Source: Antedon mediterranea (lineage: Eukaryota > Animalia > Echinodermata). From it: 64,000 nt of DNA. Both the position numbers and the translations under genes were made by a program. Position 1 is the stretch's first letter; each line of letters starts with the position of its first letter. The notes beneath the pieces were generated by a model. That model was given only the letters and a program-made list of their open reading frames with translations. It did no database searches and was not told the DNA's origin. Below are positions 26,217 to 38,350 of the stretch, one piece after another. Location of the stretch: NCBI RefSeq assembly GCF_964355755.1, contig NC_092673.1, forward strand, positions 23,805,648 to 23,869,647. Direction: 5' to 3'.

Positions 26217-26464
26217 ATGATGAATGCACCACATCCTTTGAAGACATTTTGATGTTCGCGACAGGACTCCGGACCCTCCCTCCTATGGGATTCCAAGCCG
26301 GAAAGCATGAAATTCATTTCCTCCATGGTGATGCAAGCAAGTGAACGAAAGCAAATACATGCAGCTCTGTGCTACTACTACCTGTAGTACACATGTCATT
26401 TGCCCCATTTAAAGAGGCCATGTCTTTTGGCATTGGCAATGCCCAAGGCTTTGGTTTTGCCTAA
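26217..26464 (+). pseudogene. G2E3-like HECT E3 ligase C-terminal exon, premature stop
   Basis: After an acceptor tag: EDILMFATG..LPPMGF..IHFLH..*TKANTCSSVLLLP..F..AMSFGIGNAQGFGFA*. The catalytic ANTC is retained and no upstream exons were seen. Confidence 0.8.
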
Positions 26465-27501
26465 AGTTGGTTCTACTTTTTATCTTTTACCCAAGTGGTA
26501 CAATACAAGGTGATAGCGTTTTTTTAATGAACCATCTTTCTCCTCTATGTCAAGGGTGATTGATACACATCTTTAGACATTTAGACTGCAGGAAAGATGG
26601 GAGAACAATCAGTTCGAAAGCTAGACTGCTTGTGTATTTTATGTTGGACTGTGGTGTACAAGCTGTACAATATCCTCAAAGAAAGAGCCACTGTAGAAAA
26701 TATTTCTTGAGAACTAGGCATTGTCAACTGCATGGCAATAGCCGAGTTGTGAAAAATGTTCACAGAAGAAAAACACTCTGTTAGTGCGAAATTAATATGT
26801 TACAGAACGTAAATTATGTCTTTGGATAAAGAAGAAATGTATAGTACTCATAATGACAAGGTCAAAAAGAGAAATATTACAGATATAAGTGTAGAAAATA
26901 GTTTTACTAATTCAGGCTTACTGAATCAGTCACTACCATGAGTTCAACAAGAAGACAGTAGATCGGAATTGCACCTCCACTTGGGTCGCAATTCAAAGAC
27001 GATCTCCCACCCACGATCTGATCATTGCTGACATTATTATTGGTGGAAAACATGTAAATGAAATACATACAAGTACTTCATCAAAGGAATCGAAGGTTGT
27101 TGCAGTTGATGAATTACTAGGCGGTACTGCCATTGACTATAGTCACATAACAAGGTCCATCAAACACCTTGCAGATGAAGAGTGTTCGGTCAATATGATA
27201 CATCCTGTTTGTTCATCCCAGTTTTTCTAAATTAAAAGAAAACCTTTTTATTCAAACGTCTGAAAATTTAGTAGATGACCTGCAATTTAAGAACATTATT
27301 ATGGAGCGACTAATTCTACGATCAACTATTACTTCAATACTGGTGTTGCAGTAATATTATACTTCGTACTGTTGAGGTTCTGACAGTACGACTCGTACTT
27401 CAAACTGGACATTGATGAGAAATTGAAACCTGAAACCAAGTCTGCAAAACTGCACAACATTTATGCCGAACAAATTATGGGTATGTTAAGTTAGCAATTA
27501 A

Positions 27502-27798
27502 ATGCCCATTTACACTAGGACGATAACGATCGACGATAAATAGATAAATATGTATTTTTCATACATCTAAATCTAAACAATTTTTAACTTTGAATTATAG
27601 GAGAACCATGCTGCCTTTGATGAAAATTACATTTTCACAAGTCTAATAAAATGACGTCATGATCAGTAAAGAGCAATAATATTGTAGCAATACAACGATG
27701 TCATTTGATTGGATTTTTAAAAATAATATTTTTATCAATAAAAGCATAAATGATTTTCCTATACTTCGTTATCGTTATAGTCCTAGTGTAAGTTGGCC
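27502..27798. mobile_element. Harbinger-like MITE
   Basis: Imperfect TIR gcccatttacactaggacgataacga / cgttatagtcctagtgtaagttggc. Confidence 0.6.
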
Positions 27799-28284
27799 TA
27801 TTAACCAATGCGACTGTGGACTCCATATCTTGTGGGATCAGAGGTAGAAAAAATCATGCTGTTGATTATTTAATGGACAAAGGTCTGTGAAAAGGAAGAC
27901 GAAAAACAACTGGAGGAAAAAATCTTGATAGGCACGAGATAAAAGCACAGAAAGGTGTCGATGCCGCAGAGGTTGGTGACCCAATTAAGGAAAGGATCAC
28001 AGAAAATAGATGATTTCCCTGAAAGTAAGTAAATGATGGACTGTATCATAGAAGGAATGCTTGTTGGGAAATCAATCATGCTTACTTTATAGACAAATGA
28101 GACAAACAAACTGTCCTGTATCTTAATAGGGTGGAAGTATGTGATTGGCTATTGGAAACCACATGATTGGGATAATTATTATGAAATAAATAAAAATAGA
28201 AACATTTTACAAAAATGTATATTAAAAGAGTTTGAAACGGATTTTGAAAAAAAGTTATTGGGCCATGAATGTCTACAGTCTACT

Positions 28285-28911
28285 GTCCACCATTTGAGCC
28301 TTTACATAAGGCCTCTCTGTACAACCTTTCGCTTAAGACGGCGTTCTTGCTGGCGGTGGCGTCATGCAAACGCCGAGGCGAATTACACGCTCTCTCCTTA
28401 GAACCAGGCCATATCAGGTTTGAGCGTGGTGGCGTTCGGTTAGTTTTTAGGAAGGACTTCCTAGCTAAGACGCAGACGTTGAATATCTCGCCGCCCGCCG
28501 TTTTCGTCCCCACCATTGCCTCGATTTCAGGGGTTGAGGAAGACATGTTCTGGTGTCCTGTTAGAGCGATTAAGATCTACATCAACAGAACCAGAGCTTT
28601 GCGAGATGGTGTTTCACACCTGTTTATCGCTTCAGTGTCCCCATTCCGTCCGGCAGCGAAGTCAACGATCGCAAATTGGATTGTTGCAGCAATTCGCGCT
28701 GGATACGAATCCTCGGACACTCCCCCTCCTGCTCATATGCACCAGGCGTGGCGTCTCCACATCTTGGGCGTTGTTCACGGGAGTCCCTCTCCTTGACATT
28801 CTGAAGGCGGCTTGGTGGCGGACGCAATCAAGGTTCACTTCGTTTTATCTATCGGATGTATCCGCTAACCAGGCACCAGTGGCGACCTCAATTCTGAAGC
28901 CTCGTCTTTAG
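28285..28911 (+). mobile_element. Second DIRS-family tyrosine recombinase relic (GC-richer, 5'-truncated, frameshift near 28740)
   Basis: PPFEPL..SLKTAFLLAVASCKRRGELHAL..FLAKT..CPVRA..Y..LF..KSTIANWI..AH, then frame change to TRRGVSTSWAL..ILKAAWW..FTSFY. Confidence 0.88.
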
Positions 28912-29239
28912 GTACGTATTCTTCACTTGTCGCCCGCCGCCGACTAGGTTTAGTCCGGTGCTAGACTGGCTATATTGTCGGTTTATCCAGGTAAGCAGGC
29001 ACGAAATAGACTACACAAACCAACAGTGGTGTTGGTAGTCTATGAGTGCTGCTCACCTGGATAAACGCCCTCCCGCCGTCCCCACTGACAAGTGTACTCA
29101 TGAATCATGAAATGATGTTGGATGGCTCCCTCTTGAGGGCGTGGTTACGGATGCGTGCATTATCCGATAGGGGTGCTATGTTTATATATACGGATTTTTC
29201 TTTTTCGTAAATTGTATCCTCTCTTCGGATTGCAGTCGG

Positions 29240-30230
29240 CATTATTACACGACTATCAGTCCAAAATGGCAAAAATAGAACTCCATGTTTTGGGACTCAT
29301 CGGCAAGCTATTAACAGGGCCATGAATGGCAACCTTTTACACTTCAACCACCATTAGATTTCATTTACACTTTAGCTTTTAGCGAGCCCGAGGCCGGCTC
29401 CGAGCCAGCAGTGTACAAGTGTAAAAACTCTGGGAACAACAGAGCCGGCCTCGAGCCAGCGCAATTTTGATCCTAGTCTAGAGTAGGCTTTGAGCCGGCA
29501 ATTGCGGGCTTCGGGCCGGCAATTCATATAGTGTAAACACTCCTGGTCATAAAATTAACGTTCTGGGTCAACTATATTTTAAATTTTACGAAAATTACTG
29601 CCGAACAGGAAATGCATGTATGTAAAATATAAACAAACCAAGTTTCCACAAAAATGGCCGAAAAACGAGGAGTAACATGGGGGAAGGAAGAGGTCTTGGC
29701 CTTGCTGGCAATCTGGAAGAGAAAATACAAAGCCGGGTGGACGGTAGCGTTAGAAATGCTACAATCTACCGCGAGATCAGCAGTCAGTTAATTGCCCAAG
29801 GCATATCGATCCTCTGATACCGTTAAGAGAAAATTGTAGGCCCTGTGTGCATGTTACAAAAAGTGTGCGGACAACAAACACAGTGGTGTAGGGTGGAAGT
29901 GAAATCATATCATCGAGCACTCTTCCGCGAGAGCAAGTGTACACTAAACACAATAGTAGGGGCCCCGAGGCCGGCTTTTTGGGTAAGTGTAAACACAATG
30001 CAGGCTAAAAAGAAAGCCGACGTTGGGCCGGCTAATAAATAGTCGATGAAGTGTAAATGGGGTCTTAGTCACATTGATGGCATAGCCATCATAAAAGACA
30101 TCAACAAATTGTCCGACGATGTAATTCGAAAGTTTTTACAACAGAAACCAGTGGACAAGAACTTCAAACGCTTGACTGCCAAACACGAAGATCTTAGTGT
30201 TTTGCGTTTTTTTACGAAATCCGGTAGATA
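29240..30230 (+). mobile_element. Unassigned transposase-like relic split by the Harbinger element at 29357-30064
   Basis: ELHVLGLIGKLLTGP*MATFYTSTTI joins in frame across the TTA to SHIDGIAIIKDI. Confidence 0.45.
29357..30064 (+). mobile_element. Non-autonomous PIF/Harbinger element with Myb/SANT relic
   Basis: TTA duplication (29354-29356, 30065-30067), TIR gatttcatttacactt / aagtgtaaatggggtc, and MAEKRGVTWGKEEVLALLAIW..VRNATIYREIS from 29654. Confidence 0.8.
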
Positions 30231-31004
30231 GCTTAATTATTGGTATGTACTATAAATATGAACACTATATTCGGTCTGGACCGTCAATATTTTACAATTT
30301 GAAAGTAACTAATCTGGTTACGAACGACTGTCAAAATGGTACCTGTCGAAATAACACCGCGCATCACAGTAGCGCGTAGAGCGATGGCTTGGCGCATTGT
30401 GTATCGGTCGCGCGCTAGCTATGCCGCCGAAGCATTAAAAAGGTTTTTGTGGATTGACATGTTTGTTTGTTATCTGAATAAAAAATACATTTTCAATATG
30501 AAGTCTTTAATTTTATTATTGTATGTATACCCTAATTGTTTTGGTGTTTTACTGAAAGTGACCGAGTTTCACGCAGCAAACTTGTTTTGAAATGGTATGG
30601 ATATTATCATCAGTTTACTATCTAGGCTAGTAGTACTAGGCTAGCCTAGGCCTAGTCGTAAAACAGTTCCGGACCAACTTTAGGCCTGGTTAACTAGGCC
30701 TGGTGTCTTTACTATGTGGATTTTGGCGAAACATCGATGTAAGATTTATGATTTATAAAATGTAATACATTTTTCGATGGTGATAACTTGTTTTTATAGG
30801 CCTATCGGTGCCGTGTAAGTAACTTTTTCGTTGTTTGTTGATCTCACCGGGCGATATTTTCATATTGTGATGTCTTGCACAAAATCGCGAATATCTCGAC
30901 TTTCTTGCGCGAAACTACGAAAAACTAAAAAAGTGGGTTACTTTCATTTTACTATTACGATTTACATATTGCGATTTAAAAATCAGTGTTAATGAAAATA
31001 ATCT

Positions 31005-33793
31005 TATTGCTCTTCTCAATCTGGTTTCAGACCCTAACATTCTACGCTTACTGCTCTTACTAGTACCTATGATAACTGGCTTAATGCAACTAACCAAAGA
31101 AAACTCACTGGCTCCATCTTCATAGATCTTAGAAAAGCCTTCGACACAGTTAATCATAACATTCTTCTCTCCAAACTTCCCCTCTATGGTTTCTCTTCTC
31201 TTGCTTCTACCTGGTTTAAATCTTACTTAACATCACGTAGTCAGCAAGTGCTATATGGCAACACTCTCTCCGACACTAGTTCTGTTTATGCGAGAGTCCC
31301 GCAAGGCTCCATTCTTGGACCTCTCTTATTCTCCTTATATATTAATGATCTTTCCTCTGCTCTTTCTAATCTAGATAGTAACATACACACTGACATGTAT
31401 GCCGATGACACTATTATATATTACAGTAACACATCTCTTTCTACCCCTCATCGAGCAAAAACTAAATATGACTTTTACTCACCTTTCTTTGTGGCTCAAT
31501 GCTAACAAACTTTCACTTAATGTCCAAAAAAACTAAATCTATGTTAACTGGTTCCTCACACAAACTAAAAACAACTACTAATAGCATAAATCTCAACATT
31601 GAAAATACTCCTGTCAGCTCAGTCACATCTTTCAAACACCTTGGAATTATAATTGACTAGCAATTATACCCGCCCCAGGGCGGGTTTCAAAATTAGTTTA
31701 AAGCCTTCTCAACACCCGACGCCAGTATCTGTCTATACTCACCAATCTCCACCCTTCTTAAATAACACCCCATACTCTTTTTTAAAAACCAATTCTTCCC
31801 AGTGATGGACAAATTCAATTCAACGTAAGCTTCAAATTGAGAGGAGTATACATAGCTATGATGGGTCTAATAATGGTTGAAGTACGTTGTAAATTGTGTA
31901 AATGAATAGGTGTCATATTGGCTGATAATTAAAATATCTAATTTAGATACTGCGGGGCCCCAGCCACAATCAACAAACCTTAACTCCTCCCCATGACAGT
32001 TCAAATATAGTAACTTTTCCTAGTACAATTCCAAGCATATAGGCTACTTCATTACGACAATATTTTCGCTCTTCCACCTCCCCCTACAAACACACCCCAG
32101 ATACACTGGGTGATTTGTTGAAGTTATGTTATTATCACTCCCAACCCATAATCCCTCAGTGGCAGTTTTCAAATGTAGTTTAAAACAAACCAAATACAGT
32201 TTCGGTCATGGTGATAGGCCCACCCCAAACTCCCAGCCGCTTCCCAGGAATAATTAAATACTTTTTTTCCTTGGAGGCATCGTGATGTAGTTGAACACAG
32301 TAACGGTAAACAACGTGTGTATGTTCACACAGGAATGGATATCTGTAATGAGAAAATCCAAGAGACCGATACATAGCTGGATATGGTTAAAGTACTTTGC
32401 TAAATGTGTAATTGAATAGGTGTCATATTGGTTAATGAATAAAATATGTATATCTATATACGCCTTGCTGAGGATAATTAAAATACTGTCAAACTTTTGT
32501 AGTATAATTTTACAATTCGATAGCCTACAACCCCGAGCCCTAGCAAAAAATGACATCACAAACCACCACACCACCCCCCGCCCCCACCCCTCCCACAAAA
32601 ACCCCAGGAGTCGGGGGAATTTTTTTAAATGTAGTTTAAAACCTTCCGGGTACAATTGCCATCATTTTGATACCCCATACGTATGGTTACGTGCAGAAAC
32701 GGAAATTTGTATAACGAACAAACATCGAAAGTGGGGGTTTTGACCACATTTTGGTCCCTAACATGGATCCTAGGTGGCGGATGATGTTGAAATATAGCTT
32801 AGAACATTCCCGGTACAATTGCGGTCATTTTGATACCCCATATGTAAGATTACGTGCAGTAACAAAAATTTGTATAACGAACAAACAGACAAACAAACAA
32901 ACAGACAAACTCTCTCACTTATAATATAGATAACACTCTTACATGGAAATCGCACACTTCTGCTTTATGTAAAAAACTCAACTCAACTCAACTAACTTCC
33001 TTCTTGCACGCACCTCTAAATTTGTCAACCAGTCGACATGTCTTCTCCTCTATAATGCTTTATTTCTTTCCCGCTTTGATTACTGCTGCTCAGTCTGGGG
33101 TTCCAACTCTAATACTAACCTCTCTAGTAAACTAAAAAAAATCCAAAACAGAGCCCTACGCATTATTCTCAAACTTAATCCTATGTCACACCTCTCTGAT
33201 GATCACTTTAGACTAGCCCATACCATTCCTCTTCAGAAAAGACTCCACTACCAACTTGGTTGTCTTACTTTCAAAACCCTAAATCTTCTTGCTCCTCAAG
33301 GCTTATGCCATCTCCTCACTAAAATTACGGCCAATGGGAGGATGACCACTCGTCAAATCTCAAAAAGGAAATCTTCACATTCCTAAACCTACTCTTGAAA
33401 TTTTCAAACTCTTTCAGCTACAAGGCCCCTCATTTCTACAATGATCTTCCTCTATCTATCCGCAATTCCTCATCCTTTTCCTCTTTCAAAACTAGACTTA
33501 TGACTTTTCTCAAAACTATGTAATCCTTTTCCAGATTTTAATTGTAAAATTGTAGATCTAAATTTTTATTTATATATATATATTATATTTTGGTTAATTT
33601 AACATATCTGTTATTTTCTATTTGTCAAGAATTTTTAGTCTTGTGTAATTAATTTTTTTTTTTTTTTTTTTTCTTAAGTTTTACTTTTCTGTTTTTGTTG
33701 TTTTTTTGTATATTGTATCTGTTCTGAGGGTCCCAAATGATCAGCAAATGCTGGATGGATCACCCTCATTAAATATGGTTAAAATAAAAATAA
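31005..33793 (+). mobile_element. L2-clade LINE 3' half (RT and tail), interrupted by a Helitron
   Basis: QSGFR, FIDLRKAFDTVNH, PQGSILGPLLFSLYINDL, MYADDT, LGIII|DNTLTW, FDYCCSVWG, IQNRALRII; 3' stem-loop gagggtcc..caccctc followed by an aaaataaaa tail. Confidence 0.9.
31657..32930 (-). mobile_element. Non-autonomous Helitron
   Basis: On the minus strand: 5'-TC(TATATT), 3'-CTAG, A|T target with no duplication, subterminal hairpin acccgccc-ca-gggcgggt at 31668-31685. Removal restores the LINE frame GIIIDNTLTW. Confidence 0.88.
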
Positions 33794-34189
33794 ATCTCTG
33801 TACCCACTTGGCCTACCTTACTTTGACCTTTGTCTTTTGGCGCGAAACGCTCTCTAGGCCTAGTAGGCCTAGCAGCCTGGCCCTAGCCTCTAGTCTAGGA
33901 AAATAACATTCAGTTTGTGTTTTATCTTTTCTATTTATAGTTACTTTAAAATATATCCCTAACATAATAATGACATTATATATATCATTGATAATCAATT
34001 ATTTGAATGAATGATACTTTACCAAATGGTATAATCAACTGCTCGAATGTGCTAAGTATAGTACAGTGTGTGACCACCACTCTCTTCTCTCTATCTCTCT
34101 CGAGCTAAAAAAACAGGTGGTAACTTTATACCTACCGAGTCACGTGATCGTTTCGTCAATGTCAGGTGATCTAGGGTAGTAGGCCGGCT

Positions 34190-35098
34190 GCGATTTTTTT
34201 TTTCGTACATAAGTTGGGGACCCCTCATGAAACGTCACAAAATAAACATGAATAATTCATCAGTTAAATTTTCCTGTTCCGTGTGCACCCAAGCGTATTG
34301 CGGTACGATTCTAGGCCTATCATCTCAGACTCCGCTGTTGTTGCGGCGTGCGATTTCATAGAAGAATAGCTGCGTTTTGTGTGGATTGTCGAAATAATCA
34401 GCCTTTAGTTTATGGTGTTTTTAATATAATGTATTACTAAAGAATTACGTGTTAAAACTATAGTTTCTATTAATACTATTAGGCCTAATTATTTGTCTCT
34501 AAACCCATGTCTATTCTAGTAGTAGCTGTGTGGGTATGTGTGACGTGTGTGTGTTGGTATGACACAATCCGAGTAATAAGTCCGCAAAATTAAACAATAA
34601 ACTTACACAAAAATAAATTTTTTATTCTCGTGGGTCTAATCTTCCCATCTTCATGTGTTCATATAAATATACGCGCATTTTTAAAGTTCCTTTGAGTACA
34701 TGCATATTGTTTGATAATAAAATAGCAGAATTAAAAAAATAAGTACACAAATCATACACATTCTTTATTCTTGTGGGTCTAAGGTTTCTTTGGGCTATGT
34801 CCAATGAATTACTACTTAGTGTAATTAAATGTCTTGCCTAGTTGTCGGATTAGCCTCGACTCGACACATTTTGCAATGTGGTGTGTGTGTGAAGAAGAGT
34901 GCGCAAAGGCAATCACGTGATTTGACTTAGAATCCTAGGCCTACTGTAGAAAGTATCGTATCGCAGTTGTGTAATCACTTCTTGTTGCTATACGCTTGGG
35001 TGCACACGGAACAAGATAATTTAACTGATGAATTATTCATGTTTATTTTGTGACGTTTCATGAGGGGCCCCCAACTTATGTACGAAAAAAAAAATCGC
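34190..35098. mobile_element. Mutator-like (MULE) non-autonomous element
   Basis: About 110-bp TIRs starting gcgatttttt and a perfect 9-bp target duplication aggccggct (34181-34189, 35099-35107). Confidence 0.88.
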
Positions 35099-35107
35099 AG
35101 GCCGGCT

Positions 35108-35190
35108 GGCTACAAAGTAAAAATAGTGCTACGGCGGTAGAGTACGGAGGAGTTTGTTGTTCATTGTTTTTGATCAGCAAATTTCAGTAG
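35108..35190 (+). promoter_or_regulatory. Probable non-coding first exon of the NRF-6-like gene
   Basis: Strong donor tag|gtaagc at 35190, followed by a (c)taggcctag-rich tract. The ATG exon is preceded by an acceptor ttttag|aaATG at 38349. An E-box gtcacgtga lies at 34139-34147. Confidence 0.45.
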
Positions 35191-36298
35191 GTAAGCCCTA
35201 CTTCCAAACCTACATTATTTGTAGTAGTAGGTAGTGGGTTCGTAGGTAGTAGCCTAGTAATAGTATAGTAGTAGCCTAGGCCTAGGCCTATGATATTACT
35301 GTATCTAGACTAGGCAATTAGCCTACTAGGCCTAGAGGTCCTACTACTAGGGCTAGGCAGTATCCTATTTATATAGGCTAGAATAGGCCTAGGCTACCGG
35401 CCTACCTAGCTAGGCTAGCTAGGAGGGCCTTACTAGGCCTAGCCTAGTAGTAGTTAGGTTAGGGCCAGCAGAGGCCCCTAATTATAATTATTTTTAATCA
35501 ATGATTGAGCACCCTTCAGAAATCCATTACCAGCTAGCTTAGCTTTGTGAAATCATTGCTAGGCCTGCCGATAAAAGTATGGAGACCTCTAAGTCTTAGA
35601 GTTAGTTAGGACATAATTAATGTTGGCGATATTAGAGGACGCTGTTATGGTCATATTATATGGCTATAACAAATCATATTTTTTACATGTTCCTCGTGTT
35701 TTTTTATAACAAAATATTTTTGTGTTTAATTATATTGCTAATTTAAAATGTTGAATTGTATTGCTTATGTTATTGTCTTGTCAAATTATTTTTTTTGTGA
35801 GGGTACCTAATGATCAGCTTCGGCTGGATGGACCACCCTCGTAAAGTATTGTTAAAATAAAAATTCAGTGTCAGCAGAAGTAAAATAAATTCTAGTAATA
35901 TACTTCATATCACGTTTTAATTATAATTATATATCACTGTATTACTGTACATTACATTTTTTTTGCATTTCTTATTTCCATGTACTGTATTTGAAGAGGT
36001 ATTTCATAGGTGAATAAAAAATGTTACATTAGCTTTAGCTTTTCTAGTACAGTGAACATTACTAAACAATTAAGTTGTCATAAGCTTCTTGTTTATTGTG
36101 ATATAACATTAACAATGTAGCTCAGGACTGAAGTACTATAATTCTTTTAATTTCATTTATTTATTTGACCTACAAACCATAATGTAAAATAAACTAAAAC
36201 AGAGGAAACTTAGTCAGTACTGTATGTCAGCAGTCTCATATTTATCTTCTTTCCTGTGTTTGAAATTCTACTATTTAAATAAAAGAATAAATTAAAAA

Positions 36299-36955
36299 TA
36301 CTAGAAAGCCACTCCGAGAGTGAATACCTCCGCCTACTGTAAAATTCTCCTACATAAGATTTCTCCGGGGAAAAAAAAAATATATATATATATTTGTGTG
36401 TGTCTTAATGCTGTTTGTGATTTAGGCTAATTTCACTACAAGCATGTGTATGCGAGTTTGGTGTAATGGTTTGTAACAAGACAATAGCTTCAGTTGACTA
36501 ACAATAGAACAGCAACGCGAAAATCAAACGAGTGAATTTGAAAAGAAATAGGTTTTTTAAACTACTCGCATCAAAAAAGGTGCACATTAAATCAAATTAT
36601 GTTTTAAAATTACAAAGCAAAAATTAGAACTATTGCCTCTTGTACAAAAATGAAGTTTTTTGGACAAGTAGTGCAATTTTGAGAAAATGCAATTTTAGTT
36701 TACTTGTTACTTCAAGACTGCTCACCGGCTTTTGAAAAATTCTGTCCTATCTTTTAACATTAGCAGGTCTGAAAAGTTTACTAAAAAGTGGTCCAGAATT
36801 GGGACGATGTTCCCAAATGGTCCTAACATTTTATGGAATGGACCACATATCTGTATGTATCTATTTTGGTATTAAAGATCTTGTAATTACTTTTTGAGTA
36901 ATCCTGCTAACAAACAAACAAACCGATTACATATACCTCCTTGGCGGTGGTAAAT
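36299..36955. mobile_element. Helentron/DINE-like non-autonomous element
   Basis: Subterminal inverted repeat tacctccgcc / ggcggtggta, acaa microsatellite near the end, start tactag. Confidence 0.55.
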
Positions 36956-37510
36956 AACATGATGATGATACCCACAATGATGAATACAACAATTGTATAT
37001 TATTTCTTTATTAAAAATATGAAATTTATGTCGGACTTTGAGAAATAATGCAAATTATTATTTAGTTTACCGTTTACTCTATCAATAGAGTCATTTGAGG
37101 CCTCCGTACTTTTGATTTTCGCGAAGCTAAGCTGGCGATGTATTTCTGAAAGGTGCTCAATATTAATTGACTAAAAATAGTGCTCATGAGTAGTATTGAA
37201 TTTTGGGTATTTTTTAAGGGGTGGGTACGAAACTGCAATATAGGTCTTGGTAGGTCTAGGTATTTAGGAGGACCCCATCATAGGCTATGGCCATATAGAC
37301 TATGAGAGGCCTATCTTCTTAGTTAGGCCTAGCCTAGAGTAACTATATAGTTATTAATTATCTACTAGCCTTGTAAGTGGGTATTGTATACAGTAGGACA
37401 GGTACAGCAGTAAGCCCCAGGCAGGGAGGGCCTACATTTAGCTGCCACTCAGCACACACCTATACGGCTACATACTGTCTGTGTACAAGCGCAGCAACTT
37501 TATCCTGTGT

Positions 37511-37637
37511 AAAGCTTGGTTACCACTAACGACGCAACGTAAGTGATTTGACCAATCACACGCGATTATTCGAACAGTGCTTGTTATTGAACTTGCTTAC
37601 ATCCTTGTGTTGTGTCTCTAGTGGGAACCATGCTTTA
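37511..37637. mobile_element. Harbinger-like MITE (related copy at 44760-44946)
   Basis: TIR aagcttggttaccacta / tagtgggaaccatgctt with TAA/TTA flanks. Confidence 0.65.
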
Positions 37638-38350
37638 GTGTAAGTTGTGACCGCTACAAAATGATGTTAATCATGTCAAGACTAGTCGACACAGCTAATT
37701 CATTTTGCATTGTAACTACTGTACCCTTTGGAATATACCATTGACAGCAATTTGATCCTGTCAATTTCTCCAAACAGTAGCCCAAAAATGCTTGGTGCTC
37801 CTTACCAGGTTTAATCACACAAAGAGCCCAATATACTGTAGATACTGTATGATAATTATTTGAAAACATACAGCATTAGATCTGACCATACAGCATACAT
37901 TGCATTAGAACTGTGTTGTTACAGATTAATCCTAAAAATATCCGTCCTCCTGAATAGATGCCTAAATTATTTAAGGTGTTGAATACTAAATGTCTTCATT
38001 GTTATCGTCTTCTTCTTGATCACTTTATTGTCATCACTCCATGGTTGGTTATCATAGTCTATATCCATAGTATTCACTCTTCATAACTATCTTTATTAGA
38101 ATCAAAATTTAACTCCAAAGTCTACAAAGCACAAATCCCTGTCATACTTTAGTACACACAAGGCACCATAAGAACATTATGAAGTTGGAAAAAGTGTTTG
38201 ACCCTTTGCTAAATTGTACATTCCTGAATCCAACCTTGAGGAATGGTATTTTTACAGATCTTGTAATTAGTTACGCACTTTAAGTAGTTAATATTCCATT
38301 ATAAAAAGTATTTATAGTTTTTTAAATATAATCTTGTTATTATTTTAGAA

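Noticed and set aside
35220-35480. taggccta palindrome cluster as a special structured element
   Set aside because: This low-complexity motif also occurs at about 4430, 5545, 30630, 33855 and 37325; it is used only as weak promoter-proximal evidence.
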